This document shows positions 10,521 through 18,586 of a stretch of 27,050 nucleotides of DNA, in pieces. Below the pieces are notes generated by a model. That model saw only the letters and a program-made list of their open reading frames with translations. It was not told where the DNA came from and ran no database searches. Made by a program: the position numbers and the translations under genes. The DNA is from a virus. Its lineage: Duplodnaviria; Caudoviricetes. The stretch's first letter is position 1. Each line of letters begins with the position of its first letter. The stretch covers positions 1 to 27,050 of IMG/VR virus record IMGVR_UViG_3300043775_003512; one strand, 5' to 3'.

Positions 10521-10802
10521 ATGGCAAAAAAGAAAACAGCTGCATGGACTCGTAAAGAGGGTAAAGATCCTAAAGGAGGTCTTAATGCAAAAGGAGTAGC
10601 TAGCTATAGAGCAGCTAATCCAGGTAGTAAGTTACAAACTGCTGTTACCAAAAAACCATCGCAGCTTGATCCTGATAGCAAAGATGCTAAAAGAAGAAAG
10701 TCTTTTTGTAGTAGATCTGCAGGGCAAATGGCTAATTTTCCAAAAGCTGCTAAAGATCCAAATAGTAGATTAAGATTAGCAAGGAAAAAATGGAATTGTT
10801 GA
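10521..10802 (+). CDS. Small basic protein (WTRKEGKDPKGGLNAKG...RRKSFC...KWNC family)
   Basis: 93 aa; motif set recurs in aquatic phage hypothetical proteins; ends ARKKWNC-TGA. Confidence 0.8.
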   Translation: MAKKKTAAWTRKEGKDPKGGLNAKGVASYRAANPGSKLQTAVTKKPSQLDPDSKDAKRRKSFCSRSAGQMANFPKAAKDPNSRLRLARKKWNC

Positions 10803-11374
10803 TATGCCATCAAAGAAGATAGAATATAATTGTACACATTGTGATAATTCTTTTATAAGAGGTAAATCAGATATTGAAAGAACATTAAAAAAGAATAATA
10901 CTGTTTTTTGTACTATAACTTGTTCAAAAGATTATAACAATAAAATACAATTAGAAAAAGGTTTTTCAGAAAACAAAACATGTAAGAAATGTAACATAGA
11001 AAAACCAAGAACAAATGAATATTTTACAGCACATAAAAGAACCTTAGATGGTTTTGACAGTTGGTGTAAAACATGTAGAGCTTCTTATAGAAGTGAAATA
11101 AGAAGAGGTCAATATAGATCAATGATTAGTGATGAAGAATTAAAAGAATTAATCAAAACTGAAGGTTGTATTATATGTGGATCTGAAGAAAACCTTGTAG
11201 TTGATCACTGTCATACTACAAATATAGTAAGGGGAATGCTTTGCAATAATTGTAATATGGGATTAGGTCATTTTAAAGATGATCCTTTTTTATTAGAGTT
11301 TGCACGGATTTATTTACTATATTATAATAAAGAGTCTTCTGAAGCAAAAGAGTATTTAAGAAAATGGAATTGTT
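10787..11374 (+). mobile_element. Putative homing-endonuclease cassette bounded by 14-bp direct repeats
   Basis: AAAATGGAATTGTT at 10787-10800 and 11361-11374 flanks the endonuclease VII ORF. Confidence 0.6.
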
Positions 11375-11376
11375 AA
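10804..11376 (+). CDS. Endonuclease VII-family (His-Me finger) nuclease, probable free-standing homing endonuclease
   Basis: 190 aa; CIICG...LVVDHCH...VRGMLCNNCNMGLGHFKDD is the endonuclease VII signature; N-terminal CxxC zinc-binding modules (CTHC/FCTITC; CKKC/WCKTC). Confidence 0.88.
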   Translation: MPSKKIEYNCTHCDNSFIRGKSDIERTLKKNNTVFCTITCSKDYNNKIQLEKGFSENKTCKKCNIEKPRTNEYFTAHKRTLDGFDSWCKTCRASYRSEIRRGQYRSMISDEELKELIKTEGCIICGSEENLVVDHCHTTNIVRGMLCNNCNMGLGHFKDDPFLLEFARIYLLYYNKESSEAKEYLRKWNC

Positions 11377-11388
11377 AATATATTTATT

Positions 11389-11643
11389 ATGAAAAAAGTA
11401 ATGTGTGCTAAATGCGGAGGCTCTATGAAAAAAATGTCAAAAGGTGGTCAACCTAATATGACCAAAACAATGCCTGGTTACAATGCAACTACCAGCCCAA
11501 TCACTATGAAAAAAGGTGGTGCCAAAAAAAGCAATCCTTTTGGTATGCTTTCAGTAATAGCAGGAATTGATAAAAATCCAAAACCTACAGCTGCTGATAG
11601 AATTGCTGGAGCAACTAAAAGAAAAACAGCTAAGAAGAAATAA
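11389..11643 (+). CDS. Small basic protein with three xxGG motifs
   Basis: 84 aa; CAKCGG, MSKGG, MKKGG; C-terminal DKNPKPTAADRIAGA. Confidence 0.7.
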   Translation: MKKVMCAKCGGSMKKMSKGGQPNMTKTMPGYNATTSPITMKKGGAKKSNPFGMLSVIAGIDKNPKPTAADRIAGATKRKTAKKK

Positions 11644-11645
11644 CT

Positions 11646-11837
11646 ATGGCAACTAAGAAAAAACCTTCTGCCGGCCTGACTAAAAAGCAAAAGTCATCCG
11701 TTACTAAGAAAGCCAGAGCAGGTAAAGATATTGGTAAAAAAGGTAAAAACTTTGACGAAGTAGCTAAAGAAGCAGGGGGTGGTGAAAAAGGAAAAAGAAT
11801 TGCTGCAGCCGCAATGTGGAAAAATATTAAAAGATAA
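11646..11837 (+). CDS. Small Lys/Ala/Gly-rich basic protein
   Basis: 63 aa; KKARAGKDIGKKGKNF...IAAAAMWKN; TAATG overlap with next gene. Confidence 0.7.
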   Translation: MATKKKPSAGLTKKQKSSVTKKARAGKDIGKKGKNFDEVAKEAGGGEKGKRIAAAAMWKNIKR

Positions 11838-12535
11838 TGCTTAATACTACTATAACCATAAAGATTAAACAAAGGCTTAACAAGCTTGATAGTCAAGATT
11901 ATGATAATATAACTTGCTGGAATATTGTTGAGGCTTTTAATAAAGCTCAGGTAGAATGGGCTAGAAGACAACTTCATGGTGTAAATCTTACTCGAGAGGG
12001 AGATGAAGGTTCAACAAGAAGAAAAGATGACTTACAAGTTCTCTTAGAAACTTTAGAATTAAACATTGCTAATAAACAATATTATTATGATGGAGATATT
12101 CCTGCAGATTATCTTCAATGGAAGAGAGTGGATGTCTCTGCAAAGAAAGATTGTTGTGGTAATAGGACGATGATGGTATATCTTGCAGAAGAAGGTAATC
12201 TACGAGAACTTTTAAGAGATAAAGCTAAGCAACCAAGCTTTGAATGGGGAGAAACTTTAGCAACTTTAAAAGGTGGTAAGGTAAATATTTATACAAATGA
12301 AGACTTTGATATTGAACAAGCAGAGCTTACTTATTACAGACAACCTGTTAGAATTCAAATAGAAGGTTGTGTAGATCCTTATACTAATATAGCTTCTACA
12401 ACTAACATAGAATCTGAGTTTAAAGATGATATTATAGAATTAATAATTGATGAAGCAGTAAGTATTTTAGCTGGAGATATTGAATCAATAAACCAATTCT
12501 CTAGAGGTACAGAAACTGCAGAAAGAAATAACTAA
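11837..12535 (+). CDS. Putative head-tail ring/adaptor protein
   Basis: 232 aa; N-terminal RLNKLDSQDYDNI...AFNKAQ and C-terminal LTYYRQP...ELIIDEAVSIL match the pattern of crAss-like ring proteins. Confidence 0.65.
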   Translation: MLNTTITIKIKQRLNKLDSQDYDNITCWNIVEAFNKAQVEWARRQLHGVNLTREGDEGSTRRKDDLQVLLETLELNIANKQYYYDGDIPADYLQWKRVDVSAKKDCCGNRTMMVYLAEEGNLRELLRDKAKQPSFEWGETLATLKGGKVNIYTNEDFDIEQAELTYYRQPVRIQIEGCVDPYTNIASTTNIESEFKDDIIELIIDEAVSILAGDIESINQFSRGTETAERNN

Positions 12536-12538
12536 AAG

Positions 12539-13060
12539 ATGCAAACACCGTCAAGACTTTTAAAAAGAAATCCTGAGCCAGTTAAAACAATTACTAGACC
12601 TCAAACTCCTGCACCAGAACCTACTAAACCAGAACCTGTTAAACCAGAACCTGTTAAAGACACTGGGGTAGGGGGAAGTTCTCTAGATAATATGGTAGCA
12701 GCATGTGCTGTAGAACTAATGAATGCTAGAAATAGTTTTCATAAACTGCATCTTAAAGTAACAGGTCCTGGATCTTATGCCGCACATAAAGCACTTAATG
12801 AGCTTTATGATCAAATTCCTGACTTTGTAGATACTCTTATGGAAGGCTATCAAGGAGTATCAGAAAAAATTCTTACGTGTAAAGATTTAGCACCCAGAAC
12901 TCTTGAAGATGTTTCTGATGGAATTTCTTACTTAAGAGATTTATATGCTATAATAAATAAACTTCAAGGTATGATGCCTTATTCAGAAATAGTAAATAAC
13001 TTAGATCTTGTAAAAGATGCTATTAATTCTACTAAATATAAATTACTTTTTCTAAAATAA
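12539..13060 (+). CDS. Ferritin/Dps-like four-helix-bundle protein with Pro-rich N-terminal extension
   Basis: FHKLHLKVTGPGSYAAHKALNELYD...DTLMEGYQG...NNLDLVKDAINSTKYKLLFL; His/Asp/Glu spacing characteristic of Dps-like proteins. Confidence 0.8.
   Translation: MQTPSRLLKRNPEPVKTITRPQTPAPEPTKPEPVKPEPVKDTGVGGSSLDNMVAACAVELMNARNSFHKLHLKVTGPGSYAAHKALNELYDQIPDFVDTLMEGYQGVSEKILTCKDLAPRTLEDVSDGISYLRDLYAIINKLQGMMPYSEIVNNLDLVKDAINSTKYKLLFLK
12614..12658 (+). repeat. 3 x 15-bp in-frame tandem repeat (PEPTK-PEPVK-PEPVK)
   Basis: CCAGAACCTACTAAA CCAGAACCTGTTAAA CCAGAACCTGTTAAA read directly. Confidence 0.92.
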
Positions 13061-13080
13061 TTTGGATATCAAAAAAACTT

Positions 13081-13091
13081 TCACTATATTA
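13081..13091 (+). promoter_or_regulatory. Putative phage promoter variant TCACTATATTA
   Basis: TATATTA core in the intergenic gap ~30 nt upstream of ATG 13122. Confidence 0.35.
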
Positions 13092-13121
13092 TATTATATT
13101 TATTAACTAAAACAAAAAAAT

Positions 13122-14450
13122 ATGTCTCATTTTAATCATGCTTTTAGAAAAGTCTTTGTAGCTACAAATGGCATTTCAACATTGAACAATGTTCAATTAG
13201 GTACTTCAGTTGCAAATACATTGGCTGCAGGTGAAATTACTTTTATTAACCCTAACACTTTTCGAGTTAGAAATACAACAGCTCCTTTAACTGATTGTTG
13301 TGAAATGATTTTAGCTTCTGGATCATTAATGCAAAATGACAAAATTGGTCCTTTTGCTGGTGGTTATTTAGAGTCTAACAAATCTAAAACAATCAAAGCT
13401 AAGTATGTAAACAAGTTATATTATGCTCCTGCTAATCCAGCTCAGCGTTATGTAACACATGTTGGTTTAACTCCTTGGACAGATGTTAATCCTCCAAATA
13501 GCTCTAACCCAGGTGAAACAGCAGGTAACTGTTGTAAGTCATTTTTATGTGGTGAAACATACTATCTACGTTTAGATATCAAAGGTTCTCCTGCAATGAG
13601 ATTGCTAAATCACAATGCATATCTTACTCTTGAAGCTTATACCGGATGTTGTCCAGATGATGCAATTGCACCTATAGCAACTGATCCAGTATTAGTTTAT
13701 ATTCAGTGGGCTAATCAAATTTTGAATTCACCTTTGATAAACCCTTTTGTTTATCCTGTAGTTATTGATAGCGCTTTGGCTGCTTGGTATCCTCCAGGAA
13801 CACCTGCTGCAGTAGTACTTGCTTTAGGCGGGGTTGGTACTTGGGATAACTATGTTTCTCCAGCAGGTCCTTTTGAAGGAGAATGTGGAGGTCTTGTACT
13901 TAATGGTGCTTACTATGAAACAAGATTTGGCAACTGTACATTCCAAGTTTCTGACTTCTATGAAATTGAACCTGTAAGAGTGTATGCTTCTGAAGTAGAT
14001 TATACAGGAGCTCCATGTGAATTTGAAACTCTTTGTGTTGGAGTAGAATGTTATGGTCGTCAAGTAAATGGTCTTGGTGAAACTGTAGTAAGAGATGTGA
14101 TTCTTTCTGAATCTTACAGACAAAATCATTTTGCTACTGATGAACGTATCAGAGAAATTACTCAAGGATATGATATTCTTAATGCAGCTGGTATATCTAG
14201 AGATGGTCTTTATGACAGAATCTATTTACAGCATAATGTACCTAGAATGTACAATCCAACAGGAACCTTTGATAATGATCAATATATGTTAGAAATTATC
14301 GTTCCTCAAGGAGATCCTGATAACATTTTTACTCAACTTGAAACATGGTTAGAGACATGTGGTTCAGGTTGTCAACCTGTTATTCGAGAAGGAGTACCAT
14401 GTACAGATTATGTGGTTCCGATTCCTGGTGACAGTGTCGGTGAAGGTTAA
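13122..14450 (+). CDS. Virion structural protein, putative auxiliary capsid protein
   Basis: 442 aa, beta-rich and Cys-rich; own upstream intergenic region and downstream terminator like the major capsid gene; syntenic position in crAss-like modules. Confidence 0.5.
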   Translation: MSHFNHAFRKVFVATNGISTLNNVQLGTSVANTLAAGEITFINPNTFRVRNTTAPLTDCCEMILASGSLMQNDKIGPFAGGYLESNKSKTIKAKYVNKLYYAPANPAQRYVTHVGLTPWTDVNPPNSSNPGETAGNCCKSFLCGETYYLRLDIKGSPAMRLLNHNAYLTLEAYTGCCPDDAIAPIATDPVLVYIQWANQILNSPLINPFVYPVVIDSALAAWYPPGTPAAVVLALGGVGTWDNYVSPAGPFEGECGGLVLNGAYYETRFGNCTFQVSDFYEIEPVRVYASEVDYTGAPCEFETLCVGVECYGRQVNGLGETVVRDVILSESYRQNHFATDERIREITQGYDILNAAGISRDGLYDRIYLQHNVPRMYNPTGTFDNDQYMLEIIVPQGDPDNIFTQLETWLETCGSGCQPVIREGVPCTDYVVPIPGDSVGEG

Positions 14451-14475
14451 TCTTTTGATGCATTAATAGTAACTT

Positions 14476-14510
14476 AAGGAGAGTGAAAGGTAACCTTTCC
14501 TCTCCTTTTT
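14476..14510 (+). terminator. Rho-independent terminator
   Basis: AAGGAGAG-T-GAAAGG-TAA-CCTTTC-CTCTCCTT hairpin followed by a T run. Confidence 0.85.
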
Positions 14511-14522
14511 ATTTTAAAAATT

Positions 14523-15065
14523 ATGGCAAATCATGTATTAAGTTTAGAGATACCTACAGTAACAAACTCTTGTGTTTTTAAGATTTTTGATACAAGTGTT
14601 TATTCACCACTTGTTGGTATATTTCAACCAAGAATTAATGTAACAGTTCCTGGTTTTAAATCTTGTGTTGAACTATCTTTTGAGCCAGGATCAACTCCTA
14701 CATATACAGCATGTGATTTTGAATTACAACATGAAAATTGTGGTACATCATATGTTGCTTTACCTGATGGTATCTATGTAGTAAAATATTCAGTAGATCC
14801 TGAGTGTAAAGTTTATGTTGAGTATAATCACTTAAGAATGACTTGTGCATTAAATCAGTATGAAAAAATATTGTGTGATATTGATGTTGCTGATTGTGAT
14901 CCCCCAGCTAAAGTAAAGGAGAGGCTTCGGGAGTTAAGACTTATAAAAATGTATTTAGAAGCAGCTAAAGCTAAAGTTGAAATATGTCATAAAAGTCAAG
15001 AAGGAATGACACTTTTTAACTATGCAGTGAAGCTCTTAAATAAAATAGATTGTAAAAATTGTTAA
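14523..15065 (+). CDS. Structural protein, putative tail hub component
   Basis: 180 aa; Ig-like N-terminal part (IFDTSVY...INVTVPGF...LPDGIYVVKYSV) plus helical C-terminus; syntenic with crAss-like tail hub genes. Confidence 0.5.
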   Translation: MANHVLSLEIPTVTNSCVFKIFDTSVYSPLVGIFQPRINVTVPGFKSCVELSFEPGSTPTYTACDFELQHENCGTSYVALPDGIYVVKYSVDPECKVYVEYNHLRMTCALNQYEKILCDIDVADCDPPAKVKERLRELRLIKMYLEAAKAKVEICHKSQEGMTLFNYAVKLLNKIDCKNC

Positions 15066-15070
15066 ACTTA

Positions 15071-15083
15071 TAAAAAACCAACA
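15071..15083 (+). promoter_or_regulatory. Leader motif TAAAAAACCAACA, copy 3
   Basis: Ends 3 nt before ATG 15087. Confidence 0.65.
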
Positions 15084-15086
15084 ACT

Positions 15087-15227
15087 ATGAGTACATGTCC
15101 TAATTGCTTAAAAAAATTATCCTGTGGGTGCCAAAGAAGAACAGCATCTAATGGAAAAGTTGTTTGTAGCAATTGTTTAAAAAATTATGAAAATACTTTA
15201 AAAACGGATTCTGAAATAAAAAGCTAA
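15087..15227 (+). CDS. 46-aa Cys-rich microprotein (not in ORF track)
   Basis: Manual translation MSTCPNCLKKLSCGCQRRTASNGKVVCSNCLKNYENTLKTDSEIKS; CxxC-CxC-CxxC; fills the intergenic gap and carries the shared leader motif. Confidence 0.75.
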   Translation: MSTCPNCLKKLSCGCQRRTASNGKVVCSNCLKNYENTLKTDSEIKS

Positions 15228-15268
15228 GTAATTAAGTATTTATACAAATTCTAAAAAGTTTATTAAAA

Positions 15269-17116
15269 ATGGCAGCAACTTTGATCCCAGATCCAACTCC
15301 TATAGCAAATCTTATAAAATTTGTTAACTGTTGTACTGGCCAAGAAATATTTTTCAGAGGATCTTTGCCTTTTGTAAATGGTGATGTTGTAACTTATATA
15401 GGTACTACACCATTTCCGGGGGCAGGAGGATCATTAGAGCCAACTACTGGTGAATTTGGAATATGTTATATTTTTTATTCTGGATATGTGGACGGCATAC
15501 CTCCATATCCAGCCATTGATCCTGTAGCATCTTTATTTAGTCTAATACCTGATGGTTGTGAAGATGCTAAATGTTCTTGTGATGTTGAAATACCACAATG
15601 TTATATGATAATACCTTGTGATGGAACTGAACCAATCATAAGTAATAATTCCGCATTTGAAACTTATCTTAATTCATTTATTACAGTGGATAGCGAAGTT
15701 TATGCAGGATGTGCTTATATAACAGCACTGAGGTACACTGATTGCTCAGAAGCTATTGCAATAGAACCAATTGATACACCATGTGAATGTGACTTAATTT
15801 GTTATTATGTAGCAAATACAAATGGGTTCTTTTATGTAGACAGTGATAACGTTTTGCAAAATGTTTCTTTAGCAAATGCTCAACCTTATTTAAAAGTTTG
15901 TTCAAAAATACCACCTATAGCAGAAGATGGATCAATATCACCGCAGATTATTGATCTCGGTTCCTGTGTTGAAGGTCTTTGTCTTGTACAATGCTTTAAA
16001 TTAACAAACTGTAAAAATTCAGATTTGGTAATTTATACAACTTCAAACAGTGTAATTCCTAATGTATATGGAACTAATAATGTTGTTAATATACTCGGTA
16101 GAGAAGGTTGTTGGATAGCTTCTGAACTTGATGATGAAGAAGAATGTGATTGTCCAATTGATGTTACAGTAACTGCAAGTTTTAAAGATTGTGAGGAATG
16201 TATTGGTGTAGTAGCTTATAAATTAACATCTTGTACAGATGGGAGCACCATACATACTTATTCAGATTTAGAAGTTTATATAGGTCAAGTAGTAAAAAAT
16301 GATTGTGATTGTTATTTAGTTGAAAAAGTAAATTATAATCCTGTAAGTCCGCAAGTAATTGAAATTGATAATAGTTATCCTAATTGTGTAACTTGTTTAA
16401 GAACTTATTATAAACTAACTGATTGTGAGAATGCTGAAAATATTGTTATTACTTATTCAGATCTTGCTCAATATGTAGGTGGAGTTATTAAAGTTGAAGG
16501 TTGTACAGAATGTTGGTCAGTAGAAAATACAGAAGACTATCTTAATGCAATTGAAGTAACTGTAACTACCGATTATATAAGCTGCAGTGATTGTAAAGTT
16601 CTTACATGTAATTGTACAAAAGTTACTAATTTAAATGCAGTAGTTACAGTTTATTCATATTTTGATTGTGATAACATTCTTCATGAAATATCATTAGTTC
16701 CCGGACAAAGTAGTGATAAAGTTTGTGCAACAGAATGGTTTTTAGGAGATATAGAAAACCCTATAGAATTTACAGTATATGATTATTTTGAAACATTTGG
16801 AGAATGTAAATTTGGTAATTGCCCGCCTCCAGTATTCAAAAATAATAGAACTGTAAAACCTGGATATAATACACCTAACTGCAATCCTGACGAATATGAT
16901 AAGATAACATGTCGCTTTGCAGATGTTGTATATAAACAGGTTCTTGAAAAAAGATATGGTATTAGCAATTGTTGTCCTGATGAAGATGAGAAGTGGTTAA
17001 TGAAAAAAGAACTAATTGACTTACAATCTTTGAAGGATCCTAATTACAAATGCCCATCATGTCCCTGCTCTTGTAATTCCGGAAAATCATGCTTAACTTG
17101 CAAATGTGGAAATTAA
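15269..17116 (+). CDS. Cys-rich modular repeat protein, probable virion/tail-associated
   Basis: 615 aa, about 50 Cys by hand count; three [YF]KLTxC...CxxC repeats; C-terminal tail CPSCPCSCNSGKSCLTCKC. Confidence 0.7.
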   Translation: MAATLIPDPTPIANLIKFVNCCTGQEIFFRGSLPFVNGDVVTYIGTTPFPGAGGSLEPTTGEFGICYIFYSGYVDGIPPYPAIDPVASLFSLIPDGCEDAKCSCDVEIPQCYMIIPCDGTEPIISNNSAFETYLNSFITVDSEVYAGCAYITALRYTDCSEAIAIEPIDTPCECDLICYYVANTNGFFYVDSDNVLQNVSLANAQPYLKVCSKIPPIAEDGSISPQIIDLGSCVEGLCLVQCFKLTNCKNSDLVIYTTSNSVIPNVYGTNNVVNILGREGCWIASELDDEEECDCPIDVTVTASFKDCEECIGVVAYKLTSCTDGSTIHTYSDLEVYIGQVVKNDCDCYLVEKVNYNPVSPQVIEIDNSYPNCVTCLRTYYKLTDCENAENIVITYSDLAQYVGGVIKVEGCTECWSVENTEDYLNAIEVTVTTDYISCSDCKVLTCNCTKVTNLNAVVTVYSYFDCDNILHEISLVPGQSSDKVCATEWFLGDIENPIEFTVYDYFETFGECKFGNCPPPVFKNNRTVKPGYNTPNCNPDEYDKITCRFADVVYKQVLEKRYGISNCCPDEDEKWLMKKELIDLQSLKDPNYKCPSCPCSCNSGKSCLTCKCGN

Positions 17117-17127
17117 TTTGTATATTA
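17117..17127 (+). promoter_or_regulatory. Putative phage promoter motif TTTGTATATTA
   Basis: Identical to 5325-5335; ends 16 nt upstream of ATG 17144. Confidence 0.45.
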
Positions 17128-17143
17128 TAAATAGATAAAGAAT

Positions 17144-18535
17144 ATGAAGCCATTAAATTTAGATAATAGACCATGTAGTCCGGTGTCCTCAAACTGTATA
17201 GTTTGGCAAGGTCCTGACATTGAATGCATCAATCTCTGTAAAGGAGATACTATTTCCGATGTAGTGGCTGCTATGGCTACGGAACTTTGTACAATTTTAG
17301 ATCAGTTAAATGTTTCTAACTACGACTTAGCTTGTTTGGGAATAACTGCCTGTGGACCAAATGATTTTCAAGCTTTAATTCAATTGCTTATTGATAAAGT
17401 TTGTGAAGATCATAATGCTATTGAATCAGATACTAGAACATCTACTACTAGAACATCCGGAAATTGTCCAGATTGTGTTGTAACTGTTGCCTCTTGTTTC
17501 AGAACAGGTAATCAAACTACTATGCAATTATTAGACTATGTTCAAATGATTGCTGATAAAGTTTGCGCTCTTATTTCTAGTATTACTATTATTAATCAAC
17601 AAATTGATCAGTTAACCATAAGAGTTGAAACTCTAGAAAATACTCCAATTCCTGAACCGGTGATCCCATCCTTTACTTTAGGATGCCAAATAGGAATACT
17701 ACCTCAAGGAAGTCAACAGTTCATAAATGTAGCATTACAAGAATTTATCAATAATGTGTGGTGTCCATTTCAAGCTGTTACAGGTACTACTACAAGTTTA
17801 ATAAGTGCTATAAGTGAAATCTGTATAACTGACATTGATTTACAATTAGCTACGGGAACACCATTTTCAACAAATCCTAATTGGGTTCAATCAGCTTCTT
17901 ATAATACAGTAGCAGATGCCATAACTAATTTGTGGGTAGCTTTGTGTGATGTAAGAACCGCAGTTGAAAACTCTTCAGTCATTGTTGCTGGAAGTACTTG
18001 GATAGATGTTAGTTTATCTACAGTTGGGTTAGTTGAAACTTATACTGTAAGTGAGATTGAAAAACCCGGGTTATCTGTTGAATTATCAGCACCAGCAAAT
18101 CTGTTAAAAACAGCTCCTGGATTAAATACAGGTAGAATATGTGATGGTTCTATTCAAATAATGAATACCATAAATTATAATGATTTTGGTTTAGCTTATG
18201 ATTCAACAACAGGGATATTTACATTTCCTACAGATGGTGTTTATATAATATCTTTTGCAACACTGTATACAAAAGATTCTGCTGATGGTTGGCACGATGC
18301 TTTAGTACCAGGAATGTTTATAGCAGGTATTACTTCTCCAATAGGATGTCGTATTTACTGTGTAAATAATGATACTCCAGTAGTTACACAAAAACATGCT
18401 TCAATCAATGGATCACTTATTCAAAAATTTACTGCAGGTACTCAAATATGTTTAAAAGTAATTAATCTTACAACCTTTGACTATCTTTCTGAAACAGATG
18501 ACTATGTAAGATTTAGTATACAAAGAGTAAAATAA
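17144..18535 (+). CDS. Putative tail fibre/spike with C-terminal C1q-like domain
   Basis: 463 aa; Cys-rich N-terminal module (NCIVWQGPDIEC), coiled coil (IINQQIDQLTIRVETLEN), C1q-type motif AYDSTTGIFTFPTDGVYIISF. Confidence 0.7.
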   Translation: MKPLNLDNRPCSPVSSNCIVWQGPDIECINLCKGDTISDVVAAMATELCTILDQLNVSNYDLACLGITACGPNDFQALIQLLIDKVCEDHNAIESDTRTSTTRTSGNCPDCVVTVASCFRTGNQTTMQLLDYVQMIADKVCALISSITIINQQIDQLTIRVETLENTPIPEPVIPSFTLGCQIGILPQGSQQFINVALQEFINNVWCPFQAVTGTTTSLISAISEICITDIDLQLATGTPFSTNPNWVQSASYNTVADAITNLWVALCDVRTAVENSSVIVAGSTWIDVSLSTVGLVETYTVSEIEKPGLSVELSAPANLLKTAPGLNTGRICDGSIQIMNTINYNDFGLAYDSTTGIFTFPTDGVYIISFATLYTKDSADGWHDALVPGMFIAGITSPIGCRIYCVNNDTPVVTQKHASINGSLIQKFTAGTQICLKVINLTTFDYLSETDDYVRFSIQRVK

Positions 18536-18586
18536 AATTAGAATGATGAACCGAATTATATATATGTTTAATTAAATAAAATAAAA

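Noticed and set aside
10800-10830. Read-through fusion of the 93-aa protein with the endonuclease
   Set aside because: The nuclease ATG (10804) is in a different frame, and reading through the TGA meets a TAA within nine codons.
12614-12658. Possible mini CRISPR array
   Set aside because: 15-bp units are directly adjacent with no spacers and lie in frame in a coding region.
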